Below, in pieces: positions 19,768 through 30,670 of a stretch of 64,000 bases of DNA. The first letter of the stretch is position 1, and each line of letters starts with the position of its first letter. The notes beneath the pieces were generated by a model. It saw only the letters and a list, made by a program, of their open reading frames with translations. It did no database searches and had not been told where the DNA came from. This stretch comes from Pseudomonadota bacterium (lineage in GTDB: Bacteria > Pseudomonadota > Gammaproteobacteria > Xanthomonadales > Xanthomonadaceae). The translations under genes were made by a program, and so were the position numbers. The stretch is from assembly GCA_963205415.1 (NCBI GenBank), contig CAUJJS010000130.1, forward strand, positions 38,334-102,333. The letters are read 5' to 3'.

Positions 19768-19834
19768 AAGCGCATGTTAGCGCAGACGCCATGGCAAAGC
19801 ATCCTTGATTCAGCTTCGACGCAAGGCGGCCGAA

Positions 19835-20131
19835 TCAGCGCGAAACGCTGGCCAGCAGGCGATCGAGCTTGCGGGAAAGGCTGTCCAGCGTCGTGCTGAT
19901 TTCGCGCTGCTCCTGGCCTTCTCCCCGGCGCAGTTGCAAAAGCTCGTGTGCCAGATTCAGGGCCACCAAAACCGCCACGCGATCGGCGCTGGCGCTGCGG
20001 TTGCCGTTGCGGGTGTCACGCATGCGCGTATCCAGCAGACGCGCCGCTTCCAGCAACTCGTCACGCTCGTGGGGTTCGCAGCCGACGGTGTAGTCACGGT
20101 CCGCGATGCGCAGATTGACCGGCTCGCTCAT
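19835..20131 (-). CDS. zapA: Cell division protein ZapA
   Basis: IADRDYTVGC, AVLVALNLAHELL; synteny with ssrS. Confidence 0.9.
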   Translation of the reverse strand: MSEPVNLRIADRDYTVGCEPHERDELLEAARLLDTRMRDTRNGNRSASADRVAVLVALNLAHELLQLRRGEGQEQREISTTLDSLSRKLDRLLASVSR

Positions 20132-20349
20132 GTGTTTTGTTCCAGCGATTTCAGGCGCAGGATCATGGCCTCGACGCGCGAGCGCGCCTGCTCGTTCTTG
20201 GACAACAGCGCGGCACGTTCGCCGATCAGCTGTTCCTGGCTGGTCCGCAGGCTGCGGTTTTCATCCAGCACCCGCGCCAATACGGCACCCAAGGCATCGA
20301 GTTTGGCACTGAGCTCGTCCAGTTGCTGTTGGGTTTGGGTGATCGGCAT
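20128..20349 (-). CDS. TIGR02449-type coiled-coil protein (ZapB-like)
   Basis: ENRSLR...ERAALLSKNEQARSRVEAMILRLKSLEQ; ATGA overlap with zapA. Confidence 0.85.
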   Translation of the reverse strand: MPITQTQQQLDELSAKLDALGAVLARVLDENRSLRTSQEQLIGERAALLSKNEQARSRVEAMILRLKSLEQNT

Positions 20350-20380
20350 GGGGAAACGATAGGTGGCGATCAAGCGGGGG

Positions 20381-23300
20381 TCAACTGGCCGGCGACTGCT
20401 CGTGACGCGCGGCCCAGTCGAGCATGAATTGGAAGCAGTCGGCCTCGGCCAGCGGCCGCGACAACAGGTAACCCTGGATCTCGTCGCAATTGCGTTCGCG
20501 CAGATAGCCCAGTTGGTCGGTGGTTTCCACGCCCTCGGCCACCACGTTCAGGCCGAGCGAATGGGCCATCGAAATGATCGTGGTGACGATGGCCTCATCG
20601 TCCGGATCGCGGGTGAGATCGCCGACGAACTCGCGGTCGATCTTGAGGGTGTCGATGGGGAAGCGCTTGAGATACACCAGCGACGAGTAGCCCGTTCCGA
20701 AATCATCGATCACGATGCCGACGCCCAAGCGCTTGAGCTCGCGCAAGACCGAGATGGTCTGCTCGGCGTTGGCCATGGCGACGGTTTCGGTGATTTCCAG
20801 TTCAAGACTGCTGGCCGGCAGGCCGGTGCTGGCCAAAACCCGTGCCACCGTCGCCGGCAGATCGCCACGGGCCATCTGCAGGACCGAGACATTGACCGCG
20901 ATGCTGGTGATCGCCACGCCCTGCGACCGCCATTGGCACAGCGTTTGGCAGGCCTGCTCCATCACCCACTCACCGATCGGCAGGATCATGCCGTTCTCTT
21001 CGGCCAAGGGGATGAACACGCTCGGTGGCACGTCGCCAAACTCCTCCGAGGTCCATCGCAACAGGGCTTCGACCCCGACGATGCGATCGTCAAACAAGGA
21101 CTGGCGCGGTTGGAAGGCCAGGTGGAGTTCGTTGCGGTCCAGGGCACGACGCAGCGCCGCGGTCATGTTGGCGCGACGACGGATCTCGGCGTCCATCGAT
21201 TCATCGTAGAACTGAAAGGTATTGCGCCCCCGATCCTTGGCGCGATACATGGCCGCATCGGCGAACTTCAAGAGGTCGACCGGCACCTGCCCGTGATCGG
21301 GGTACAAGGAAATGCCGATCGAGGGCGACACCGTGACTTCGCCGTGGGCCTCGTGCAGCACTGGTGCGCCGAAAGATGCGATCACCGCATTGGCCATGGC
21401 GATCACCCCCTCGGTGTCCTGTACGTCCTCCATCACGATGGTGAACTCATCGCCACCCAGTCGTGCCACGGTGTCCGAGCTTCCCACCACGCCCAGCAAT
21501 CGTGCCGCCGTCGCCTTGAGGATGCGATCACCAGCGGCGTGACCCAAGGAATCGTTGATGAGCTTGAAGTGATCCAGATCCAGAAACAGCACCGCCACCT
21601 TGTTGCCGGTGCGCCGCGCCCGCACCACGGCACGCGCCAGGCGTTCGGACAAGAGGCTGCGGTTGGGCAGCCCGGTGAGGGTGTCGTAATTGGCGAGGTA
21701 GCGCAGTTCCTGTTCGATGCGCTTCTTGTCGGTGATGTCGTTGAACACGGCGACGAAATGCGTCCGCATCCCAGCCTCGTCGAGGATCTCGGCCATCTCC
21801 ACCCAGCTCAAGAACTCGTCACCATCGGCGCGATGCAACCACACCTCACCACGGTAATGGCCCTTGGATTCCAGGCTCTCGTGCATGCGCCGGAAGAAAT
21901 CAGGCGGATGGCGACTGCTTTCCAGCAGGCTGTCCGGCATGCCCAGCACATCCTGCTCGCGCAGCGCGGTAATGCGCAGGAAGGCCGGGTTGACCGAGGC
22001 AAAACGGAAATTCAGGTCCAGTACGGCCACGGCCTCGCCCATGCTGCGCAGGACTTCACTGGCGATGCGCCGCTCGCGCTCGGCCTGACGGCTGGCGCCG
22101 ATGTCGTGGGCGGTGCCCGCCATGCGCAAGGGATTGCCATCGGCGTCACGTCCAACCACCTTGCCGCGCGCGCGCACCCAGGTCCATTCACCCTTGGCGT
22201 TACGAATGCGGTGTTCGGATTCGTAAGCCTCGCTGCGCCCTGCAATGTGATCGTGCAAGAGTTGCTGCACCCGCGACAGGTCATCGGGATGGATCGCATT
22301 CTCACGCCAGTCCGCCACGCTGACGGTTTCTGCGCTCGGCCCATGCAGGAGCTCGTCGGTGCCGATGCGTTCGATGTGATTGCTGCGCAGATCCCAGTCC
22401 CAGAACGAATCCCCCGCACCCCACAGCGACAGGCGCAGGCGGTCTTCGCGTTCTTTCACCTGTTGCAACAGGATCAGGCGTTGCGCGGCGCGGCGGCGCA
22501 AGAACAGGAACAACAGCAGCACCGCGAGCAAAGCCATCAAGCCGTAAACCCAATAGGCCCATATGCTGCGCCACCACGGCGGCAGGATGGTGATTGGAAC
22601 CTCGAGTTCCTTGCTGCTCCAGATGCCGGAGTGATTGCTGGCGCGTACCCGCAAGGTGTAGTTGCCGGGTGCAAGATTGGTGTAGATCACCCACGGGCGT
22701 GGGTCTGGCGGTGTGAAGTGGTCGTTGAAGCCTTCCAGACGATAGGAATAAAGGTTCTGTCCAGGCGAGGTGAAGTCCAATGCGGCAAAGCCCAGTTGGA
22801 TGATTCGCTCTCGTGCCGGGACTTCGATGGGTGGCACCCTGCCTGCGACATTGGTCGGTGCGGCCAGGCCGATTGCGGTCCAGGCCATGACGATCGGCGT
22901 ATCGAATCGACTGGGCTTGGCGCGATTGGTATCGACCAAGGTCATGCCGCGAATCCCGCCGAACGCCAGCGTCCCATCGCTCAATCGCGCCACCGCGCCC
23001 GTGTTGGTCATCAATGTGCGCAAGCCCTGATCTTGGGCAAAGCGCGTCACACTGCCGTCGCCGCGATCGACTCTAAGAAGATCGCGGTTGGTGCTGATCC
23101 AGAGCACGCCATTGTTGTCTTCAATGATTGCCTGCACCGCAGGCCTACTGTCGCCCAACAATAGGGGCACGAAACCGATCTGTCCGTCGGTGGACTCCAC
23201 CACTTGATCGACGCCGCGATCGGTGCCGATCCAGAGTGTGCCGTCGCGTGTCTCGTAGATGGCATTGACCATGTCGCTGGACAGTGAATCCGACCGGTCC

Positions 23301-24934
23301 GCACGGTGCCGAAAGTTCTGGAAACGCTGGCTGGCCGCATCGAACAGGCTCAGGCCATCGCGCCCTCCCAGCCACACTCGAGAGCGCGAATCCTGCACGA
23401 TGCTGCTGATGTTGGCTTGGTGATGGGCGCCATCGCGTGTGGGCTCGGGTGGCATCGCCGTACTCTGACCGGTGACCGGATCGTAGATCAGCAAGCCGTG
23501 GCCTGCCGACGCCAACCATAGGCTGCCATCGCGCAGGCGCGCCATGGTTCGCAACTCCCGGGCCTTGGGCTCGACGCCTAGCGCGACGGCTTGGGTTTGC
23601 CAGCCCTCGGTATCGAATCGAAAGAGGCCTTCCTGAGTCGCCAGCCACAAGTCCTGATCGTCTGCCTCGGCGATAGCGGAAACGCGCAGACTGGCGCCGT
23701 GATTCTCGGACGCCAAGTCGCTGCGCGAGGCGCGGAACCGATCCCTTCCCGGGTCGTAGCTGCGCAGGCCATCTTCGGTGCCCAGCCATAGCGTACCGTC
23801 CGTACCTTCGAGGATCGAAAGCACCACGTTGCCCGTCAAGGTGTCGTGTTTTGGATCGAGGTCGAACACAGCACTGAAGGCATCGCCGTCGAGTGATGTC
23901 GTGCTGATGCCGCGACTGTTCCCACCCAGCCACAGCAGATTGGATCGATCGATCATCATGCCGTGAACGTCCGGTTCCAGCAGCATGCCCTCGATCCAGG
24001 GATTGCTGGGGACGAGGTCGGACTCCTCCAGCTTCGGGTCCAGGCGCCAGACATTGCCGTCATGCACCGCCAACCACAGCGCGCCATCCGGCGCCTGTAC
24101 CAAGGCCTGTACCTCGCAACAACTCTGCGGCCCGGTTTCCGGCAGACGCTTGGGCCAGACGCGTTCGATCACGCTGGCCCCACGGCTCTTGCGATACAGA
24201 CCTGCGTCCGCGCCGATCCATAGTTCTCCACTGTTCCCGGCGCCCAGTGCCAGCACTGGGCGGTCGGAAAATCTCAGCGCGATGCGTTGCTGGGTGTCGA
24301 TGCGGTGCAGGGAGCGACTGGTTCCGACCCAAAGTTGGCCATCCGAATCCAGGACCAGCGCGCGAGCGCGCTCGACCGAACCCCCGTCGGGCCGCGTTTC
24401 AAATTCCAGTATGGGAAGGTAAACCCGAGTATCGGGAAGATAGAGGCCCACGCCACGTGAGCCAGCGATCCACAGTCCCGTACCGGTCTGAAATAGAAGC
24501 GCATCAATGCGTGTGCCCGGCCCAGGTGTTTCGCCCTTGGCGCCGATGACGGCTTTCAGGTGGGCGCGTTCGGCATCGAGCATCTGCAGCCCGGCATCAC
24601 GCGTTCCGAGAAAGAGTTGCTCATGGTCGTCTTCGGCCAAGGCCAGCACCGTGCCGGGCGGCGTCACCTGTGGCATCAATTGTTCCAAGCGCCAGAAGGC
24701 ATAGCCATCGTACCGTTGCAAGTCATTGCGCGTGGCCACCCAGACAAAGCCACGCCGATCCTGCAGCATCGCGTTGATTCGCCCTTGCGACAGGCCTTCT
24801 TCGCCACCCAAGGTGCGAAAGTAATGATTCCGCACCGCCGCGTGCGTCAGAATTGGCAGCAAGAACAGCACAGCCGCCAGCATGCGCCAGCGCCACGGGC
24901 AGAACAGTGAACGGTGGGCTTGACCCAAGTTCAT
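20381..24934 (-). CDS. Sensor c-di-GMP enzyme: periplasmic beta-propellers + Y_Y_Y + TM + PAS + GGDEF + EAL
   Basis: Repeated DxxGxLWxGT units, YSYRLEG/YTNLAPGNY, TM, PAS regions, intact GGDEF, EAL and DDFGTGYSS. Start uncertain. Confidence 0.92.
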   Translation of the reverse strand: MNLGQAHRSLFCPWRWRMLAAVLFLLPILTHAAVRNHYFRTLGGEEGLSQGRINAMLQDRRGFVWVATRNDLQRYDGYAFWRLEQLMPQVTPPGTVLALAEDDHEQLFLGTRDAGLQMLDAERAHLKAVIGAKGETPGPGTRIDALLFQTGTGLWIAGSRGVGLYLPDTRVYLPILEFETRPDGGSVERARALVLDSDGQLWVGTSRSLHRIDTQQRIALRFSDRPVLALGAGNSGELWIGADAGLYRKSRGASVIERVWPKRLPETGPQSCCEVQALVQAPDGALWLAVHDGNVWRLDPKLEESDLVPSNPWIEGMLLEPDVHGMMIDRSNLLWLGGNSRGISTTSLDGDAFSAVFDLDPKHDTLTGNVVLSILEGTDGTLWLGTEDGLRSYDPGRDRFRASRSDLASENHGASLRVSAIAEADDQDLWLATQEGLFRFDTEGWQTQAVALGVEPKARELRTMARLRDGSLWLASAGHGLLIYDPVTGQSTAMPPEPTRDGAHHQANISSIVQDSRSRVWLGGRDGLSLFDAASQRFQNFRHRADRSDSLSSDMVNAIYETRDGTLWIGTDRGVDQVVESTDGQIGFVPLLLGDSRPAVQAIIEDNNGVLWISTNRDLLRVDRGDGSVTRFAQDQGLRTLMTNTGAVARLSDGTLAFGGIRGMTLVDTNRAKPSRFDTPIVMAWTAIGLAAPTNVAGRVPPIEVPARERIIQLGFAALDFTSPGQNLYSYRLEGFNDHFTPPDPRPWVIYTNLAPGNYTLRVRASNHSGIWSSKELEVPITILPPWWRSIWAYWVYGLMALLAVLLLFLFLRRRAAQRLILLQQVKEREDRLRLSLWGAGDSFWDWDLRSNHIERIGTDELLHGPSAETVSVADWRENAIHPDDLSRVQQLLHDHIAGRSEAYESEHRIRNAKGEWTWVRARGKVVGRDADGNPLRMAGTAHDIGASRQAERERRIASEVLRSMGEAVAVLDLNFRFASVNPAFLRITALREQDVLGMPDSLLESSRHPPDFFRRMHESLESKGHYRGEVWLHRADGDEFLSWVEMAEILDEAGMRTHFVAVFNDITDKKRIEQELRYLANYDTLTGLPNRSLLSERLARAVVRARRTGNKVAVLFLDLDHFKLINDSLGHAAGDRILKATAARLLGVVGSSDTVARLGGDEFTIVMEDVQDTEGVIAMANAVIASFGAPVLHEAHGEVTVSPSIGISLYPDHGQVPVDLLKFADAAMYRAKDRGRNTFQFYDESMDAEIRRRANMTAALRRALDRNELHLAFQPRQSLFDDRIVGVEALLRWTSEEFGDVPPSVFIPLAEENGMILPIGEWVMEQACQTLCQWRSQGVAITSIAVNVSVLQMARGDLPATVARVLASTGLPASSLELEITETVAMANAEQTISVLRELKRLGVGIVIDDFGTGYSSLVYLKRFPIDTLKIDREFVGDLTRDPDDEAIVTTIISMAHSLGLNVVAEGVETTDQLGYLRERNCDEIQGYLLSRPLAEADCFQFMLDWAARHEQSPAS

Positions 24935-25158
24935 CGACAATATGTTCAAAGGTGGATGTGCGGTGGCAGTGTACCGTGTGGCGTGACTGATCGACGAGGG
25001 GCAGCCTGACTCACGGCTCATCGCGGCTTTTTGTCTGATTCGTACCGGGCCGGGATGAGTTGGGCATGTCAAACTATGGGGCTTCATACTGCTCCGCGAC
25101 GTTTCTGCGTGCGGGTCTTGAATGTGCAGTCGTGCTTGTAGGCCTGTGGGAGCGTTGC

Positions 25159-25737
25159 ATGGTTTTGATGATCGACAATTACGACAGTTTCACCTTCAAC
25201 CTCGTTCAGTACCTGCAAATGCTGGGGGCCGAGGTCGTGGTGATTCGCAATGACGCGCTGTCACCGGATGACATTGCGGACTTGCATCCAGAGCGCATCG
25301 TCGTGTCGCCGGGGCCGTGTACACCCGATCAAGCCGGCGTTTCGTTGGAGGTCGTGCGGCGTTTTGGTCCGACCACACCTATTTTGGGTGTGTGCCTCGG
25401 CCACCAGTCCATTGGGCAGGTGTACGGCGGGAAGGTGGTTCGCGCGGACACGATCATGCATGGCAAAACTTCGGTGATTCAGCACCGCGGGCAGGGGGTG
25501 TTTGCCGGATTGCCGGCGGGCTTCCAAGCGACGCGCTATCACTCCTTGGTGATCGAGCCGGAGACCATGCCGCCATCTCTGGAAGTGACGGCTTGGACGG
25601 AGCGCGAGGACGGCACGCGGGAGGCGATCATGGGTGTGCGGCACCGCGAGTTCCCTGTTCATGGCGTGCAGTTTCACCCCGAGTCCATCCTCACCGAACA
25701 CGGGCACGCACTGCTCGATAACTTCCTGCGGCTCTGA
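25159..25737 (+). CDS. trpG: Anthranilate/aminodeoxychorismate synthase component II
   Basis: [34 protein letters not shown]. TrpG versus PabA cannot be resolved. Confidence 0.85.
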   Translation: MVLMIDNYDSFTFNLVQYLQMLGAEVVVIRNDALSPDDIADLHPERIVVSPGPCTPDQAGVSLEVVRRFGPTTPILGVCLGHQSIGQVYGGKVVRADTIMHGKTSVIQHRGQGVFAGLPAGFQATRYHSLVIEPETMPPSLEVTAWTEREDGTREAIMGVRHREFPVHGVQFHPESILTEHGHALLDNFLRL

Positions 25738-25742
25738 CGCTC

Positions 25743-26519
25743 ATGACCGCACTCAGCGTCAACCTCAACAAGATCGCAGTGTTGCGAAATTCCCGTGGTG
25801 GCGCGCGGCCGGACGTCGTGCAGGCGGCCGAGGTCGTCATGGCGGCGGGAGCACAGGGCATCACCCTGCACCCAAGGCCCGATCAGCGGCATGTGCGGCC
25901 CAGCGATGTACGGACCTTGGCGCGTGTAGTAAAGGGTCGCGTCGAGTACAACCTCGAAGGCAACCCTTTCGCGCCAGCACGTGGCGACTACCCCGGATTC
26001 ATCGAACTGGTGAAGGAAGTCCGTCCCGAACAAGTGACCTTGGTCCCTGACGGCGATGGTCAAATCACCTCGGACCATGGTTTCGATCTGGCGCACGATC
26101 TAGAGCGATTGCGACCGGTGTGCGATCGTTTGGCCGAGACAGGTGCGCGCATCAGTGTCTTCGTCGATGCCGGGGCCAGCGAGGGTTTCGATCGGGCCAA
26201 GGCGCTGGGGATTTCCCGTGTCGAGATCTACACCGGGCCCTACGCGCAGGCTGCGGCGAGCAAGCTGGGAGTAGAGGTCGCGCTGGACGCCTGCCGGCTC
26301 ACAGCGGAATCCGCGCTGGCCGCTGGACTCGCGGTTAACGCCGGGCATGATCTGGACCAGCACAACCTCGGTCCGTTCTTGCACGCGCTGCCGCGAACGG
26401 CGGAGGTCTCGATCGGTCACGCGCTCATTGATGATGCGCTTTACGCCGGCTTGGACGCGACGGTGCGTGTCTACCTCGGAGTGATTTCCAAATCTCAAAG
26501 CTGCGCGAAATCGGCTTGA
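25743..26519 (+). CDS. pdxJ: Pyridoxine 5'-phosphate synthase
   Basis: [42 protein letters not shown]. Confidence 0.93.
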   Translation: MTALSVNLNKIAVLRNSRGGARPDVVQAAEVVMAAGAQGITLHPRPDQRHVRPSDVRTLARVVKGRVEYNLEGNPFAPARGDYPGFIELVKEVRPEQVTLVPDGDGQITSDHGFDLAHDLERLRPVCDRLAETGARISVFVDAGASEGFDRAKALGISRVEIYTGPYAQAAASKLGVEVALDACRLTAESALAAGLAVNAGHDLDQHNLGPFLHALPRTAEVSIGHALIDDALYAGLDATVRVYLGVISKSQSCAKSA

Positions 26520-26681
26520 TTTCTAGGATATCGGGATGGTGGACAACCATCGCGCCCCTCCCACACCACCCGGCATGCGGGTCCGCTCCGGGCGTTTCGA
26601 GGAGTTGAGATCACACTCTCCGTGATCCACTTGTGGGAGGACTTGCACCTCCAAGAGTGCGCCCGTGCCGGGCGCACCACC

Positions 26682-26709
26682 AAAGAAAACGCCGCCCGGA
26701 GGCGACGTT
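26682..26709 (-). terminator. Intrinsic terminator of the tonB-exbBD operon
   Basis: Minus strand AACGTCGCC-TCCG-GGCGGCGTT followed by TTCTTT. Confidence 0.7.
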
Positions 26710-26740
26710 CAAAGTCAACGCGACGTTTGCCTGATCGGGC

Positions 26741-27133
26741 TTACATCGTTTCCACGAAACCAATCTTGATCATGCCCGAGTTCTTGGCCGTGGCCAGCAC
26801 TTCGGCAAGCACCTCGTAACGCACTTCGGGGCTGGTTTCCAGCTCCAGTGTCGGTTGAGGATCGCGCGACGACTCGACCATCAATGAGGGCTGTAGCGCG
26901 GACTTCGGCAACGGGCTGTTGTCCCAAAACAGTTGACCGTTCTCGTCGATGCGCAGACGAATCGGCTTGGGTGGCTCTTGCTCGGGTTCCACCTTGTTTT
27001 TGGATGGCTGCGGAAGATCGATCTGGATCTCATACGACATCATGGGTGCAGTCACCATGAAGATGATCAACAATACCAACATCACGTCGATCAACGGCGT
27101 GACGTTCATGTAGACCATGGTTTTGGACGACAT
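26741..27133 (-). CDS. exbD: Biopolymer transport protein ExbD (second copy)
   Basis: MNVTPLIDVMLVLLIIFMV; IKIGF. Confidence 0.92.
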   Translation of the reverse strand: MSSKTMVYMNVTPLIDVMLVLLIIFMVTAPMMSYEIQIDLPQPSKNKVEPEQEPPKPIRLRIDENGQLFWDNSPLPKSALQPSLMVESSRDPQPTLELETSPEVRYEVLAEVLATAKNSGMIKIGFVETM

Positions 27134-27165
27134 GGGAGTTCCTTTGTCTGCTGCGAGGGTGCCGC

Positions 27166-27579
27166 TCAGCGGTCCGGGGTGGCGACAAAGCCGACTTTCG
27201 CGATACCGACATTCTTGGCGGTTTTCACCACCTCCTGAACGATCCGATAGCGCGTAGTGCCATCGGCGCGAATGTCGATTCGCGGCTGTGGCCGCTTCTG
27301 AGCTTCGAGTGCGAGCTGCGACTCGAGCATGGTCTTGGTGATGGGATCATCGTTCCAGAAGATCTCGCCATCTTCCTTGATCGCCAAGGTGATCGGCTTG
27401 TTGCTGTCTTCCGGCTTCACATCGAGGTTGGCCTCGGGAAGCTTGATCTGAACTTTGTGTGCCATCAACGGCGCTGTGATCATAAAGATGATCAGCAACA
27501 CCAACATCACGTCGACAAGCGGCGTGACGTTGATTTCGGCCATCGGGCCGCTGCCGTCAGTATTGGTGCTGAATGCCAT
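27166..27579 (-). CDS. exbD: Biopolymer transport protein ExbD (first copy)
   Basis: EINVTPLVDVMLVLLIIFMI; IRAD. Confidence 0.93.
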   Translation of the reverse strand: MAFSTNTDGSGPMAEINVTPLVDVMLVLLIIFMITAPLMAHKVQIKLPEANLDVKPEDSNKPITLAIKEDGEIFWNDDPITKTMLESQLALEAQKRPQPRIDIRADGTTRYRIVQEVVKTAKNVGIAKVGFVATPDR

Positions 27580-27614
27580 GCCTGTCTCCCTGCCTCACTC
27601 GGATCCCGACGGCC

Positions 27615-28436
27615 TTACTGCTTGGACGTCGGGGCATCGCCTACACGCGAGCCAGTGGCAAAGTAGTCGTGCAGGTCGTGAGCAAAGGTGTCGAACTTGG
27701 AGTTGGTTTGGGTGTTCACGCGCACGAAGGCGTTGAAGGCCACCACGGCCGGGATGGCGACGAACAGACCCAACGCGGTCATGATCAGCGCCTCACCCAC
27801 CGGACCGGCCACCGCGTCGATCGAGGCCTGACCGGATGCACCGATGCGGATCAAGGCACCGTAGATGCCCCACACCGTACCCAGAAGGCCCACGAACGGC
27901 GCAGTCGAACCCGACGTTGCCAGCCAGGTCAAGCCATTTTCAAGCTTGCCGCTCTCGCGAGCGACGGCCTGACGCAGGGCACGGTCGATGAACTCGGAAC
28001 GATTCAAGGATTCGGCCAGACGGCTGCCTTCGTTGCGCTGGTGATGGAAAGCGGCCTGCGCGGCGTCGATCGCGATTTTGGAGAACGGCTCCTTGCGGGG
28101 CTGCTCTTCCATCAAGCGCAAGGCTTCAGCATGGTTGGGGGTGTCCCAGAAGGTTCGGATCACTCGTTCGGCGCGCGCCCGAATGATGCTGTTCTTGAGA
28201 AAGTTGACGATGGTGTAGTACCAAGAACCCACCGACATGACCACCAAGGTGATGAGCACGACCCAAGACACCGCAAACTCGCCTGGGTTGACGGTCATCT
28301 CATGGAAGAGATGGGAAAAACCCATCTGCGACAGTGCGTCGGCATCTGAGCCACCTGCAAAGCCAGGTGCGGCCTGAGCGGCGGGATCGATGGCGGCCGG
28401 GGCTGCCGTTGGGGTAGTAGCTGCATCTTGTAGCAT
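27615..28436 (-). CDS. exbB: ExbB proton channel
   Basis: TAPFVGLLGTVWGI, GEALIMTALGLFVAIPA. Confidence 0.93.
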   Translation of the reverse strand: MLQDAATTPTAAPAAIDPAAQAAPGFAGGSDADALSQMGFSHLFHEMTVNPGEFAVSWVVLITLVVMSVGSWYYTIVNFLKNSIIRARAERVIRTFWDTPNHAEALRLMEEQPRKEPFSKIAIDAAQAAFHHQRNEGSRLAESLNRSEFIDRALRQAVARESGKLENGLTWLATSGSTAPFVGLLGTVWGIYGALIRIGASGQASIDAVAGPVGEALIMTALGLFVAIPAVVAFNAFVRVNTQTNSKFDTFAHDLHDYFATGSRVGDAPTSKQ

Positions 28437-28451
28437 AACGCCTGTCCCTTC

Positions 28452-29123
<672 letters not shown>

Positions 29124-29241
29124 GCGGTGCAGGTTTGTCGTGATGGCTTGCGTCGCCCGTAGTATCCACCTGAAGTTCCCTCAGGTTCGATACGTAGTCG
29201 GGAATGGTTTAGCTTATATCAAGTTCGGCTCTGTGCCTACG

Positions 29242-30516
29242 TCAACGTGAGGCGTTCTTCTTCAGCCATTCTTCGGCGGCCTGCTTGGTTTCGGGGTACT
29301 TGGCCGCTTCGCGATAGGCTGCGGCTATGCCAGCCTTGTTGCCCAAGCCGAACTCGGCGCGCCCGATGACAATCCAAGCATCGCCCGGCCGGCTTACACC
29401 CTTGGTGATGGCTTCCTGCGCGTACTTCTTGGACTCGGCGTAGCGCTCTTCGTTGCTCAGAATGCGCGCGAGATTGAGCGCGCTGTCACCGTTTGTGGCA
29501 AACGGCAGGGCCTTGGTGTAAGCGTCGATCGCTTCTTTCGGATGATCCGAAAAATAGTAGGCCTGACCCAGCACGGTGTAGACCTCGGCATTGGGCTTGA
29601 GGACCTGCTTGTCCAAGCCGTCGTTGATCGCAGCGATGGCCTGTGCTTCCTTGCCTTCCGTGTTCAGATACAACGCGTACAACTGACGGTATCCGCGTTC
29701 ATCCAGCAGCCCGCGTTGACGCGCGGACTCCAGCACGGCAACGGCCTTGTCGTTCTGATCGCCCTGTGTGTACATGGTGGCAAGGTTGTAGATCAGCCGC
29801 ACATCGTCCGGCTTCTTGGCCAGCAGGCTTTCACCCAGGGCCGTAGCTTCCGTGTAGTTCTCGGCGCTCATGTAGGCGCTCATCAGAATCTGGTACCAGT
29901 TGTCTTTCGGTTCGGTGCTTGAAGCGATGGCGCGCTTCATCGCTTCGGCGGCTTCCGGAAAACGATCCAGCTGATAGAGCAACCCACCCTTGAGCGCGAG
30001 CATCTGTGGGTCTTCTTTCTTGGTCTCGGTCAGGAATCGGTCAACGGTCACGATGGCCTGTTCGAACTGATCCGCCTGATATTGCAGGTTGGCGATCTGC
30101 AGCAGGGTGCTGTAGTGGCCGTTGTTGTCCAGACCGTTGGCGTCGACGGCCTTCTGCAGTGCTTCGATGGCCCCAGGAAAGTCGTCCTTCTGCTGTTTGG
30201 CGATGCCGATCAACTGATAAGCCACGGCGCGCTCGTAGTTGCCGGCGGCCTTGGATGCGGCGATTTCCTCTCCCAAGCTGATCACTTCGTCGAACTTGTC
30301 TTCGTTGTTGGCCTCGATCAACTTGTTGACCTCACGCTGCAAACGACGAGAGGGCTTGATCTCTGGCTCGGCTCGGGTTGCGTTGGGAAAGTTGACGACC
30401 TTCTCTGGCTCGGCGGTGCGTCGGCGGTTGTTGCGTTCGGCGTCGGCTGTGCCGGCGAAGAACACACTCAGGACCAGGCCCAACAGCACGACTTTGATGA
30501 GGGTTTTGGCATTCAT
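29242..30516 (-). CDS. Exported TPR protein
   Basis: Signal peptide and multiple TPR-like helical repeats; lies directly upstream of tonB. Confidence 0.85.
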   Translation of the reverse strand: MNAKTLIKVVLLGLVLSVFFAGTADAERNNRRRTAEPEKVVNFPNATRAEPEIKPSRRLQREVNKLIEANNEDKFDEVISLGEEIAASKAAGNYERAVAYQLIGIAKQQKDDFPGAIEALQKAVDANGLDNNGHYSTLLQIANLQYQADQFEQAIVTVDRFLTETKKEDPQMLALKGGLLYQLDRFPEAAEAMKRAIASSTEPKDNWYQILMSAYMSAENYTEATALGESLLAKKPDDVRLIYNLATMYTQGDQNDKAVAVLESARQRGLLDERGYRQLYALYLNTEGKEAQAIAAINDGLDKQVLKPNAEVYTVLGQAYYFSDHPKEAIDAYTKALPFATNGDSALNLARILSNEERYAESKKYAQEAITKGVSRPGDAWIVIGRAEFGLGNKAGIAAAYREAAKYPETKQAAEEWLKKNASR

Positions 30517-30670
30517 GAGAGCGACATCCGTAGCAAAAGAACGTTGCGCCATCGTGGCGCGGTGCGACGCGAGCACAGAAGCCTAATTGGATCGTGGCAC
30601 GCGCACAACTATTGTGCGGCTATTGTGCGGCGTATGGCCGAGACTTGATCACGGAAGCGTGGCCGAATTC

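Noticed and set aside
20363..23164. 933-aa ORF on the + strand
   Set aside because: Antisense shadow of the GGDEF/EAL gene; no motifs; expected in high-GC coding DNA.
29190..29225. Fur box upstream of tonB
   Set aside because: AT-rich, but a poor match to GATAATGATAATCATTATC; more likely a plain promoter.
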